Positions 1 through 6,762 are shown, counted from the first letter of the stretch. The stretch: 12,158 nucleotides of DNA from Gemmatimonadota bacterium (GCA_040905425.1 JBBDRO010000095.1:6469-18626); one strand, 5' to 3'. Notes: a model not told the origin generated them from the letters alone. Made by a program: numbers and translations.

Positions 1-1
1 C

Positions 2-1105
2 CACGTGGCCACGCGGAAGGGGCTCTTCACCCTGGAGCGCGGAGCCTCGGGATGGGCCATCGAGCGCGTGGGATTCCTGGGGGACAACTGCACGCTGGTC
101 ATGCACGACCCGCGCAGCGGCGATCTCCTGTGCGCGCTGGATCACGGCCACTGGGGCGTGAAGCTGCACCGCTCGCGGGACGGCGGCGCCACCTGGGGCG
201 AGATCGCCGCGCCCAAGTACCCGGAGAAGCCGGCCGACTACGTGCCGAAGAACACCCCCGCCGAGGGGAAGCCGGTGGAGTGGAGCCTGAAGCTCATCTG
301 GTCGCTGGCGCCAGGCGGCGTGGACCAGCCGGGGGTGCTCTGGTGCGGCACGCTGCCGGGCGGCCTCTTCCGTTCCGAGGACGGCGGCGACTCGTGGGAG
401 CTGAACCGGCCCCTGTGGGACGACCCGCGGCGCGAGGAGTGGTTCGGCGGGGGCGCCGAGCAGCCCGGCATCCACTCGATCTGCGTGGACCCGCGCGACC
501 CGGACCATCTCATCCTGGGCGTGTCGTGCGGCAGCGCCTGGCGCACCCGCGACGGCGGCGCCACCTGGGACCACGCCGGGCCCGGCATGCGCGCCGCCTT
601 CATGCCGCCGTAGCGCGCCTATGATATGAACGTCCAGGACCCGCACATCATCGTGCAGTGCCCCGCCGCTCCCGACACCCTCTGGGTGCAGCACCACAAC
701 GGCATCTTCCGCTCCACGGACGCCGGCGCCTCCTTCACCGAGATCGAGGACGTGCAGCCCTCCATCTTTGGTTTTGCCGCGGCGGTCCACCCCCGGGATC
801 CCGACACGGCCTGGTTCATCCCCGCCATCAAGGATGAGAAGCGCTGCGCCGACGGCAGCGTGGTGGTCACGCGCACGCGCGACGGCGGGCGGACGTTCGA
901 GGCCTTCACGCGCGGACTGCCGCAGGAGCATGCCTACGACCTTGTGTACCGCCACGCGCTGGACGTGGACGAGGCGGGCGAGCGGTTGATCTTCGGCTCC
1001 ACCACCGGCTCGCTCTGGGCCAGCGACGACGCCGGGGAGTCGTGGCAGACGCTGTCGGCCAACTTGCCGCCGGTCTACGCGGTGCGCGTCGAGAAGGCGG
1101 GGTGA
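2..1105 (+). pseudogene. BNR/Asp-box repeat beta-propeller protein (sialidase/glycosyl-hydrolase-like). 5' end lies outside the window; interrupted by an in-frame TAG at 611-613
   Basis: ORFs 5..613 and 626..1105 share a frame, separated only by TAG CGC GCC TAT GAT. Asp-box motifs occur in both halves (SRDGGATW, SEDGGDSW, TRDGGATW, STDAGASF, TRDGGRTF, SDDAGESW). The frame is open from position 2 (HVATRKGLF), so the true start is probably upstream. Could be a nonsense mutation, a sequencing error or readthrough. Confidence 0.8.
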
Positions 1106-1169
1106 GGGCGGAGGCCCGGCAGCCGGGCGGCGCTGCCCGCCGACCCGTTTCGATCGAACGCGGTCCCGG

Positions 1170-1691
1170 TCAGCGCGGCGCCAGCAGCTCCGCCAGCGCC
1201 AGGTGCGTCTTCGGCAGGAGCTGCGCCTCATCGAAGTACCGCGTCACGACCGCCATCGCCTGGTCCACGGTGGTGATGTTCAGGTAGCGGAGGAGATAGC
1301 GCACATCCTCCAGGTCGTGAAATTCCTCACCCAGCCGCATGGCGGCGCACTTCATGGCCAACAGGTATGCCGGCCGCGCCACGAACACGCGCAGGTTCGG
1401 CAGGTCGAGGAAGGCGTCGTACTCGCCGCGCGGGCTTAGGTAGCCCTGCACCGCATCGTTCAGCCAGGTTTCCGGGGCGTTGGCCGTCCGTGCCGCGCGG
1501 GCGGCGGCCTCCCGCACCAGCCGTGTGGGGCGGAAGGTGGCATCCACGTCCCGCGTGGCGGCACGCGCCTCGAGGGCCAGGCACATCACCGCGCCGCCCA
1601 CGAGGTAGACCTCCCCTTCGACGCCCACCTCACACAGCTCATGGTCCAGGAGCTCGAATAGCTTCAGGATGTCCTGGCGCGTGAGCTTCAC
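1170..1691 (-). CDS. Nucleotidyltransferase, DUF6036/AbiEii-like (Pol-beta superfamily); putative TA toxin
   Basis: Motifs YLVGGAVM...ATRDVD (GG plus DxD), WLND and LLAMKCAAMR...HDLED are typical of AbiEii/DUF1814/DUF6036-type NTases. The GTG at 1691 (VKLTRQDIL, 173 aa) avoids overlap with the upstream gene; this start is inferred. Confidence 0.8.
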   Translation of the reverse strand: MKLTRQDILKLFELLDHELCEVGVEGEVYLVGGAVMCLALEARAATRDVDATFRPTRLVREAAARAARTANAPETWLNDAVQGYLSPRGEYDAFLDLPNLRVFVARPAYLLAMKCAAMRLGEEFHDLEDVRYLLRYLNITTVDQAMAVVTRYFDEAQLLPKTHLALAELLAPR

Positions 1692-1719
1692 GAGGTGCCG
1701 CCCGGCTCCCGCAGCCCGC

Positions 1720-2211
1720 TCACACCCGGTCCCCCACGGTGGCATCCACGAAGAGGTTGCGGCGCTTGAACGCCACCGGCGAAGCGCACAGGAGGTGGAG
1801 GCGCAGCGCGCACAGCGACGTGGCGAACCAGGGCCCTTCGAGGGGCATCACAGAGCGGGTCCATGAAGGCGGCTCCACGGCCAGCCGGTTGGCCACGAAC
1901 TCGACCATGGCAGCCACGTAGTTACGGTCCAGATCGGGCAAGCCGGCCAGGTCCGCGTGCGCCACCGCCTCGGGGAACTCCAGGCCGCTCAGTCCCGCAA
2001 GGAAATCATGGAGCTCCGCCAGCGTGTAGCGTCGGTCCTTACCCGAGCGCAGGGCCGTGAGGATTTCCTCGAACCGCAGCCGGTGGGATGGCAGCGCCCG
2101 GGACAGCACGTAGCTCGACACGTCGGTCCCGGCGCTCCGGGCCAGGCGCTTCAGCGTGGCCTTCTGGCGCGGGGTGACCCGGATCTGGAGTTGACTGGAC
2201 TTGGTGGCCAT
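1720..2211 (-). CDS. Putative antitoxin/autorepressor with an N-terminal ribbon-helix-helix (DUF1778/MobC-like) domain and an uncharacterised C-terminal domain
   Basis: The N-terminus SSQLQIRVTPRQKATLKRLARSAGTDVSSYVLSRAL fits the RHH strand-helix-helix pattern. The C-terminal PSW...PWF...SPVAFKRRNLFV resembles, from recall, partners of DUF6036 NTases. It lies 28 bp upstream of the NTase in the same orientation. Confidence 0.72.
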   Translation of the reverse strand: MATKSSQLQIRVTPRQKATLKRLARSAGTDVSSYVLSRALPSHRLRFEEILTALRSGKDRRYTLAELHDFLAGLSGLEFPEAVAHADLAGLPDLDRNYVAAMVEFVANRLAVEPPSWTRSVMPLEGPWFATSLCALRLHLLCASPVAFKRRNLFVDATVGDRV

Positions 2212-2217
2212 GCAGCA

Positions 2218-2246
2218 ACGATGTCATGGCCCGGCCTCGGTGTCAA
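2218..2246 (-). promoter_or_regulatory. Sigma70-type leaderless promoter of the RHH/NTase operon
   Basis: Minus strand: TTGACA (2246-2241), 17 bp ending in TGA (extended -10 TGn), CATCGT (2223-2218), 6 nt, then ATG (2211). No Shine-Dalgarno sequence. Confidence 0.65.
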
Positions 2247-2273
2247 TACGGCTGTATTGACACCGAGGCCGGG
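2230..2273. repeat. Perfect 20-bp inverted repeat with a 4-nt spacer; candidate operator and/or terminator hairpin
   Basis: CCCGGCCTCGGTGTCAATAC (2230-2249), GGCT, GTATTGACACCGAGGCCGGG (2254-2273). It overlaps the -35 box and begins 6 bp past the stop codon of the aminotransferase gene. Confidence 0.92.
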
Positions 2274-2279
2274 GGACCC

Positions 2280-3587
2280 TCAGGCCGGCAGTCCCGTCCG
2301 GACCACCGTCTCCATGGCGTCCACGAAGCGGTCGAGTTCGGGGAGCATGGTGTAGACACTGGGTGAGACGCGGACGCCCCGGAACTCCGCGTGATTGATG
2401 GCCGTGGCAATGATCCGATGCCGATCCCACAGGTGCGCCGCGAGCGCCGCGGGCTCGATGCCATCGATCTCCACGGTGGCGATCCCGCATGCGAAGCCGG
2501 GCTCCAGGCTGGTGTGCAGCCGCACCCGATCGTGCTGCAGCAGCCGCTCCGCCCAGTAGTTCCGCAGGTACACCAGGCGTGCGTCCTTGCGGGCGGGCCC
2601 GATGCCCTGGTGGAACGTCAGCGCCTCCCCGATGGCCAGGTAGTTGGCGGCCGGATGCGTGCCGATCTCCTCGAACTTGCGGATGTCCGCAGCCATCTTT
2701 TCGGGCGCGGCCATGAGCGGCCATACCTCCGGGATCTTTGCGCGCCGCACGTAGAGCAGACCGGTCCCGTGTGGGGCGAAGAGCCACTTGTGCAGGGAGG
2801 TAGAGTAGTTGTCCACGTCCAGAGCGCCGAGATCGAAGTCGAAGTGCGCCAAAGCGTGGGCCCCGTCCACGATGAGCGGGATGCCGTGGCGCCTGGCCAT
2901 GGCGGTGAGCTCCTTCACGGGCAGGATCTGCCCCGTGAGATTGATCATGTGGCACGCCAGGATGGCGCGGGTGCGCGGGGTGACGGCCGCCTCGAAGAGC
3001 CGCACCACCTCCGCCGGGTCCTCGGCCGGGACGGGGATGCGGATCTGCCGCAGCACGATGCCCTCGCGGCGCTCGCGCTGCTTGAAGGTGTTGATCATCC
3101 GCCCGTAGTCCTGGGTGGTGGTCAGCACCTCGTCACCGCGCTCGAGATGGATGCCGAACTGCATGGTCTGGAGGCTCTCCGAGGCGTTGCGGGTGAACGC
3201 CACCTCCTCCGCGTCCACGCCCCACTCCCGCGCCATGCGCTGCCGGACGCCCTCCCGCTGCGGCTCCAGCACGCCCCACATGGTGTAGGACGGCGCCAGG
3301 TTGGAGAAGTCCAGGTGCCGCTTCATGGCCTCCTGCACGAACCCCGGTGAGGGGCTGACGCCGCCGTTGTTGAGGTTGACCAGCGAGCGGTCCACGGTGA
3401 AGGCCCGCGCCACCTCGAACCAGAAGTCCTCGTCGCCTGCGGCGTCGGCGGGACCGGCGGGATACGCGGCCAGTTCCCGGGCAATGTCCGGCGCGCGCGC
3501 CTCGAGCAGAGCGGGGCGCAGCGGACCTGCCAGCGCGGCGGCGGCGGGGACGGAGAGGGTGCCGAGAAAGCGTCGACGACTGTGCAT
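2280..3587 (-). CDS. Aminotransferase class V-fold PLP-dependent enzyme (isopenicillin-N epimerase/cysteine desulfurase-like) with a twin-arginine signal peptide
   Basis: Motifs NLNNGGVSP, FTRNASE, VDGAHA, PLP-lysine motif STSLHKWLFAPHGTGLLY, and GVRVSP. The ATG at 3587 (MHSRRRFLGTLSVPAAAALAG, Tat consensus SRRxFL) has GGAGG 6 nt upstream. Confidence 0.9.
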   Translation of the reverse strand: MHSRRRFLGTLSVPAAAALAGPLRPALLEARAPDIARELAAYPAGPADAAGDEDFWFEVARAFTVDRSLVNLNNGGVSPSPGFVQEAMKRHLDFSNLAPSYTMWGVLEPQREGVRQRMAREWGVDAEEVAFTRNASESLQTMQFGIHLERGDEVLTTTQDYGRMINTFKQRERREGIVLRQIRIPVPAEDPAEVVRLFEAAVTPRTRAILACHMINLTGQILPVKELTAMARRHGIPLIVDGAHALAHFDFDLGALDVDNYSTSLHKWLFAPHGTGLLYVRRAKIPEVWPLMAAPEKMAADIRKFEEIGTHPAANYLAIGEALTFHQGIGPARKDARLVYLRNYWAERLLQHDRVRLHTSLEPGFACGIATVEIDGIEPAALAAHLWDRHRIIATAINHAEFRGVRVSPSVYTMLPELDRFVDAMETVVRTGLPA

Positions 3588-3654
3588 GGGCGGCCTCCGG
3601 GGTCGGAACGGAGCGAGCAGGCGGGACGCCGGGGTCAGCGCGCCGCGCACAGGC

Positions 3655-3684
3655 ACGATACGCTGCCGATGCTGCTGCCGCCAA
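3655..3684 (-). promoter_or_regulatory. Putative sigma70 promoter of the aminotransferase gene
   Basis: Minus strand: TTGGCG (3684-3679), 18 bp, TATCGT (3660-3655). It sits just downstream of the orphan helicase stop TAA. Confidence 0.4.
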
Positions 3685-3687
3685 CGC

Positions 3688-3750
3688 TTAGGTGGCCTCC
3701 TCCTCCCCCAGCATGCTCTTCATCTGCGCAAAGAAATTCTCCCGCAGCGC
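3688..3750 (-). pseudogene. Orphan duplicate of the helicase 3' end (ALRENFFAQMKSMLGEEEAT*); probably the displaced original C-terminus
   Basis: Minus-strand translation from 3750 gives ALRENFFAQMKSMLGEEEAT then TAA (3690-3688). The intact gene ends ALRENFFAQMKSMLGPEEG then TAG. Confidence 0.8.
3706..3750. repeat. Direct repeat copy 1 (45 bp) flanking the ParE TA cassette
   Basis: CCCCAGCATGCTCTTCATCTGCGCAAAGAAATTCTCCCGCAGCGC; 44/45 identical to 4371-4415. Confidence 0.95.
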
Positions 3751-3753
3751 AGC

Positions 3754-4044
3754 TCAACCCCGTTCACGCCACCTGCCCGGCTCCTGTCGGGTGTGCAGAC
3801 AAGCGAGGACTTCTATCTGGTCGGAGGAGCGGCTGTAGTACAGGACATAGGGAAATCGACCCAGAAGTGCGCGCCGATGCTGATCACTGATCAGAGGGAA
3901 GCTGTCCGGAAAGCTGACAATCTGCGCGAGCAGGTTCGAAAGCGAGTCCGTAAACTCGGCGCCGAGGCCAGGCCGGCGCCCGTCATACCATGCTTGAGCG
4001 GCGTGCACATCTTCCAGCGCTTCTGCGCGGAAGAGGACATTCAC
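3754..4044 (-). CDS. Type II TA toxin, RelE/ParE family
   Basis: 96 aa with the pattern F..EA..D...A..WY...RPGLG..F...P.SFP...RRALL.RFPY.LYY...IEVLACLH.R..P.RW. Its GTG start overlaps the antitoxin TGA (GTGA overlap, translational coupling). Confidence 0.92.
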   Translation of the reverse strand: MNVLFRAEALEDVHAAQAWYDGRRPGLGAEFTDSLSNLLAQIVSFPDSFPLISDQHRRALLGRFPYVLYYSRSSDQIEVLACLHTRQEPGRWRERG

Positions 4045-4262
4045 TGTTGCTGAGACTCCTTCAGGCGCCGGTACACCTCATCCCAGGGCACGTACTCCGG
4101 CTTCTCGTTAGAGAGCCGGTGTCGAAGAACCGCCAGGTGCCAGTCAGGTACGGGGACCTCATCAGGCGTAGCCCGGATTGAATCCCACGCCGCGCCTAGC
4201 AGATCGATCCGGTCCTCCGGCGAAAGCCGCAGAATCTCGGCAAGCAAGCTTTCTTTGGTCAT
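4041..4262 (-). CDS. Addiction module antitoxin (TIGR02574/Unstab_antitox-like)
   Basis: 73 aa, MTKESLLAEILRLSPEDRIDLLGAAWDSI...VPDWH...VPWDEV. The LSPEDR..L...WDSI and PW.EV patterns are typical of this family. It is directly upstream of the ParE-like toxin. Confidence 0.9.
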   Translation of the reverse strand: MTKESLLAEILRLSPEDRIDLLGAAWDSIRATPDEVPVPDWHLAVLRHRLSNEKPEYVPWDEVYRRLKESQQQ

Positions 4263-4268
4263 CCTTGA

Positions 4269-4297
4269 AATCTCACTTGCGGCAATCGACGTGGCAA
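4269..4297 (-). promoter_or_regulatory. Putative leaderless promoter of the addiction-module/ParE operon
   Basis: Minus strand: TTGCCA (4297-4292), 17 bp containing a small palindrome TTGC-C-GCAA, GAGATT (4274-4269), 6 nt, then ATG (4262). Confidence 0.5.
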
Positions 4298-4355
4298 TGG
4301 CTGCCTGGGACGCATCGAAGCCTGAGTATGCCCGGGCGGCGGCCCCTCCGCAGCG

Positions 4356-6533
4356 CTACCCCTCCTCAGGCCCCAGCATACTCTTCATCTGCGCAAAGAA
4401 ATTCTCCCGCAGCGCTTCGGACTCCTCGGGCGGCAGCGCCTCCCCGGAGGTCTTCAGGTTGAGGAGCTCGGCGGGGATGTCCTCGAGGTAGCGGGAGGGC
4501 AGCACGTCCGCGGACTCACCACCCCGCCGTCGCGCCCGGCAGTAGGAGAGCGTCAGCCGCCGCTGTGCCCGCGTGATCCCCACGTACAGCAGGCGACGCT
4601 CCTCGTCCAGCGCGCCGGCGCTGCGCCCGCTCTCGTGGTCTTCCAGCGACCGCGCGTGGGGCAGCAGGCCCTCCTCCAGGCCGATCAGGAAGACGTCACT
4701 GAACTCCAGCCCCTTGGCGGAGTGCAGCGTCATCAGGGTGACGCGGTCCTCGGCCGCCTCGCGCTCGTCCCTGTCCTCATCCTCCGTGTTGTCGAGCGCC
4801 AGGCGGGCCAGGGCGTCGTGCAGGCTGGGCGGCGCCCACGGGCCGTCGCGGTCCGGCTCGGCTTCGAGCTCCTCGCGCTCCTGCCAGACCTTGCGCTCGT
4901 AGCGCGCCACGGTGCCGGCCACGTCACGCACGTTGGCCACGCGCATGTCGGCCGTGCGGGCGTTGCGCGGATCGGCGCGGATGGCTTCCTCCAGCCTCAG
5001 GTGCTGAAAGAAGTCGGCCGTCCAGGTGGAGAGCGGCGGGCGGGCGTCCCGCGCCGGCGGCTTTGCGGCCAGCGCCTCCGCATCGTGCAGCGTGCGGCGG
5101 GCGGCGGCGAGCTGCTGCAGGAGCCCGCGGATGGCCCCCGCCTGCGCGCTGCCGATCTCATCCTCCGGCAGGTTGCGGAGCACCCGCCCGAACGAGACGC
5201 CGCGCGCCCGCGCCACCTCGGCCAGCTTCAGGACCGTGGTGCGCCCGATGCCGCGCGTGGGCCAGTTGATGATGCGGCGGATGGCAATCTCATCATCGGG
5301 ATTCAGCACGGCGCGCAGGTAGGCCACGGCGTCCGCCACCTCCCTGCGGTCGAAGAAGGACTGCCCGCCGATCATCCGGTAGGGCACGCCGTTCTCGCGC
5401 AGCACCTCCTCGAGCGCCCGGCCCTGCGGGTTGGTGCGGTAGAGGATGGCCATGTCCCGCCACTTGAGCTGCCGGGCATAGCGACGCACCCCGATCTCCC
5501 GGGCCACGCTCGCCGCTTCGGCCGCCTCATCGGGGTGCTCGCAGGCGTCGATGGGCTCGCCGATGGGGTTCTCGGTGCGCAGCCGCTTGGCATGGCGGCG
5601 GCCCGACGCGGCAATGACGGCGTTGGCGGCCTCCAGGATGCGCTTCGTGGAGCGGTAGTTCTGCTCCAGCTTGATGACGGCGGCGCCCGGGAAGTGGTGC
5701 TCGAAGTCCAGGATGTTGCCCACGTCGGCGCCGCGGAAGGCGTAGATGGACTGGTCGTCGTCCCCCACCACGCAGAGGTTCCGGCGGCTGCCGGCCAGGT
5801 GCCGTGCCATGGTGAGCTGCACGGCGTTGGTGTCCTGGTACTCGTCGATCATCACGTAGTGCCAGCGCTTCCAGACGGCGCGCCGCACCTCCTCGTGCTC
5901 CTCCAGCAGCTTCACGGGCAGCAGCAGCAGATCGTCGAAGTCCACGGCGCCCGAGACGCGCAGCACCTCCTCGTAGCGCCCGTAGGCGTCGGCGGCCAGC
6001 ACCGCGTAGTCATCCGCGCGCGTGCCGCTCTCCAGCTTCGCGGCCACCTGGCGCCCCGCCTCAGCGGGGCCCACACCGCGCGTCTTCCAGTCCGAGATCG
6101 TGCGCACGACGCGCTTGAGGTCGAAGGCGTCGTCGCTTATGGAAATTTCGGCGGTGGCCGCACGCAGCGCCCCCATCTGATCGGAGGTGGCGTAGATGGC
6201 AAAGCGCTTCGGCAGCCCCAGCCGAGCGCCGTGCTCGCGCAGGATGCGGGCGCCCAGCGAATGGAAGGTGGAGAGCGTGGCGTTTCGGGCCATGCTGCCG
6301 GCATAGGCGGCCACGCGGTCGCGCATCTGGTCGGCGGCCTTGTTGGTGAAGGTCAGAGCCAGGATGTGCCGGGGCTCCACCTGCCTGCCGCGGATGAGGT
6401 GCACGATGCGGTGCACCAGCATCCTGGTCTTGCCCGAGCCGGCGCCCGCCAGCACGAGCAGCGGCCCCTCGGTGGTCAGGACCGCCTTCTTCTGCTCGTA
6501 GTTCAGGCCCTGGAGGTACGGCGGATCCTGCAT
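4356..6533 (-). CDS. Superfamily 1A ATP-dependent DNA helicase, UvrD/PcrA/Rep family (Rep-like C-terminus)
   Basis: Q motif LNYEQ, Walker A LAGAGSGKT, motif Ia LTFTNKAA, Walker B MIDEYQDTN, VGDDDQSIYAFRGA, LEQNYRST, ILYRTN, TLHSAKGLEF and EERRLLYVGITRA. 725 aa. It ends in a short amphipathic helix rather than a PcrA/UvrD Tudor-like C-terminal domain. Confidence 0.96.
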   Translation of the reverse strand: MQDPPYLQGLNYEQKKAVLTTEGPLLVLAGAGSGKTRMLVHRIVHLIRGRQVEPRHILALTFTNKAADQMRDRVAAYAGSMARNATLSTFHSLGARILREHGARLGLPKRFAIYATSDQMGALRAATAEISISDDAFDLKRVVRTISDWKTRGVGPAEAGRQVAAKLESGTRADDYAVLAADAYGRYEEVLRVSGAVDFDDLLLLPVKLLEEHEEVRRAVWKRWHYVMIDEYQDTNAVQLTMARHLAGSRRNLCVVGDDDQSIYAFRGADVGNILDFEHHFPGAAVIKLEQNYRSTKRILEAANAVIAASGRRHAKRLRTENPIGEPIDACEHPDEAAEAASVAREIGVRRYARQLKWRDMAILYRTNPQGRALEEVLRENGVPYRMIGGQSFFDRREVADAVAYLRAVLNPDDEIAIRRIINWPTRGIGRTTVLKLAEVARARGVSFGRVLRNLPEDEIGSAQAGAIRGLLQQLAAARRTLHDAEALAAKPPARDARPPLSTWTADFFQHLRLEEAIRADPRNARTADMRVANVRDVAGTVARYERKVWQEREELEAEPDRDGPWAPPSLHDALARLALDNTEDEDRDEREAAEDRVTLMTLHSAKGLEFSDVFLIGLEEGLLPHARSLEDHESGRSAGALDEERRLLYVGITRAQRRLTLSYCRARRRGGESADVLPSRYLEDIPAELLNLKTSGEALPPEESEALRENFFAQMKSMLGPEEG
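4371..4415. repeat. Direct repeat copy 2 (45 bp), inside the 3' end of the helicase gene
   Basis: CCCCAGCATACTCTTCATCTGCGCAAAGAAATTCTCCCGCAGCGC. The single mismatch to copy 1 (4380 A vs 3715 G) is synonymous: Ser AGT vs AGC. Confidence 0.95.
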
Positions 6534-6762
6534 CGGCTCGGCGGTAGGAGGGGGGCGCTTCGGACCGGCGGAATAGAACCGCGGCGGGGAGCCGGATCAA
6601 CCCTTGACGGCGGTAAGCGACGATGCCCGGCAGCGTTCTTCGCGGCGCCCGTCCGCCGGCGGCCGGTCCGTTGCGCGGGCCCAGCGGCCCGCTAGTTGCT
6701 TGAATGGCCGCGTCGGCCCGTGCCGGGAGCCGGGCTATTTCACCGCTTCAGGAGCAACAACC

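Larger units (their letters stand above)
3751..4370 (-). mobile_element. Small inserted islet (TA cassette plus replacement helicase stop region) between 45-bp direct repeats; no integrase or transposase
   Basis: Bounded by the duplicated helicase 3' end. GC is lower (lines 3781-3900 hand-counted at about 55-58%, against 83% for helicase line 4801-4860). It carries only a TA pair and its promoter. Confidence 0.7.

Noticed and set aside
52..624. Alternative-frame Arg/Pro/Gly-rich ORFs (also 2224..2955, 8962..9846, 6696..7241 and 3301..4053)
   Set aside because: Composition is typical of off-frame translation of GC-rich DNA, with no domain signal.
1106..1169. Possible duplicated gene end or terminal repeats around the RHH/NTase module, analogous to the ParE cassette
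   Set aside because: Only 6-7 bp matches were found (GGTCCC/GGGACC; CTGCCGG), expected by chance. The short palindromes here fit a convergent termination zone.
2257..2285. Plus-strand TTGACA as an antisense promoter into the aminotransferase
   Set aside because: No plausible -10 at 16-18 bp spacing (TCAGGC at 17). It is simply the mirror arm of the palindrome.
3680..4420. Integron cassette, dif module, IS or CRISPR interpretation of the repeats
   Set aside because: There are only two copies and they are protein-coding helicase sequence. No attC-like or XerC/D-like structure, terminal inverted repeats, transposase, integrase or cas gene was seen.
4635..6695. 686-aa plus-strand ORF antisense to the helicase (similarly 2391..3350, 7411..8670, 10424..12082, 9707..10378 and 8631..9581)
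   Set aside because: Shadow ORFs expected opposite high-GC3 genes. They have no recognisable motifs and fully overlap well-supported genes.
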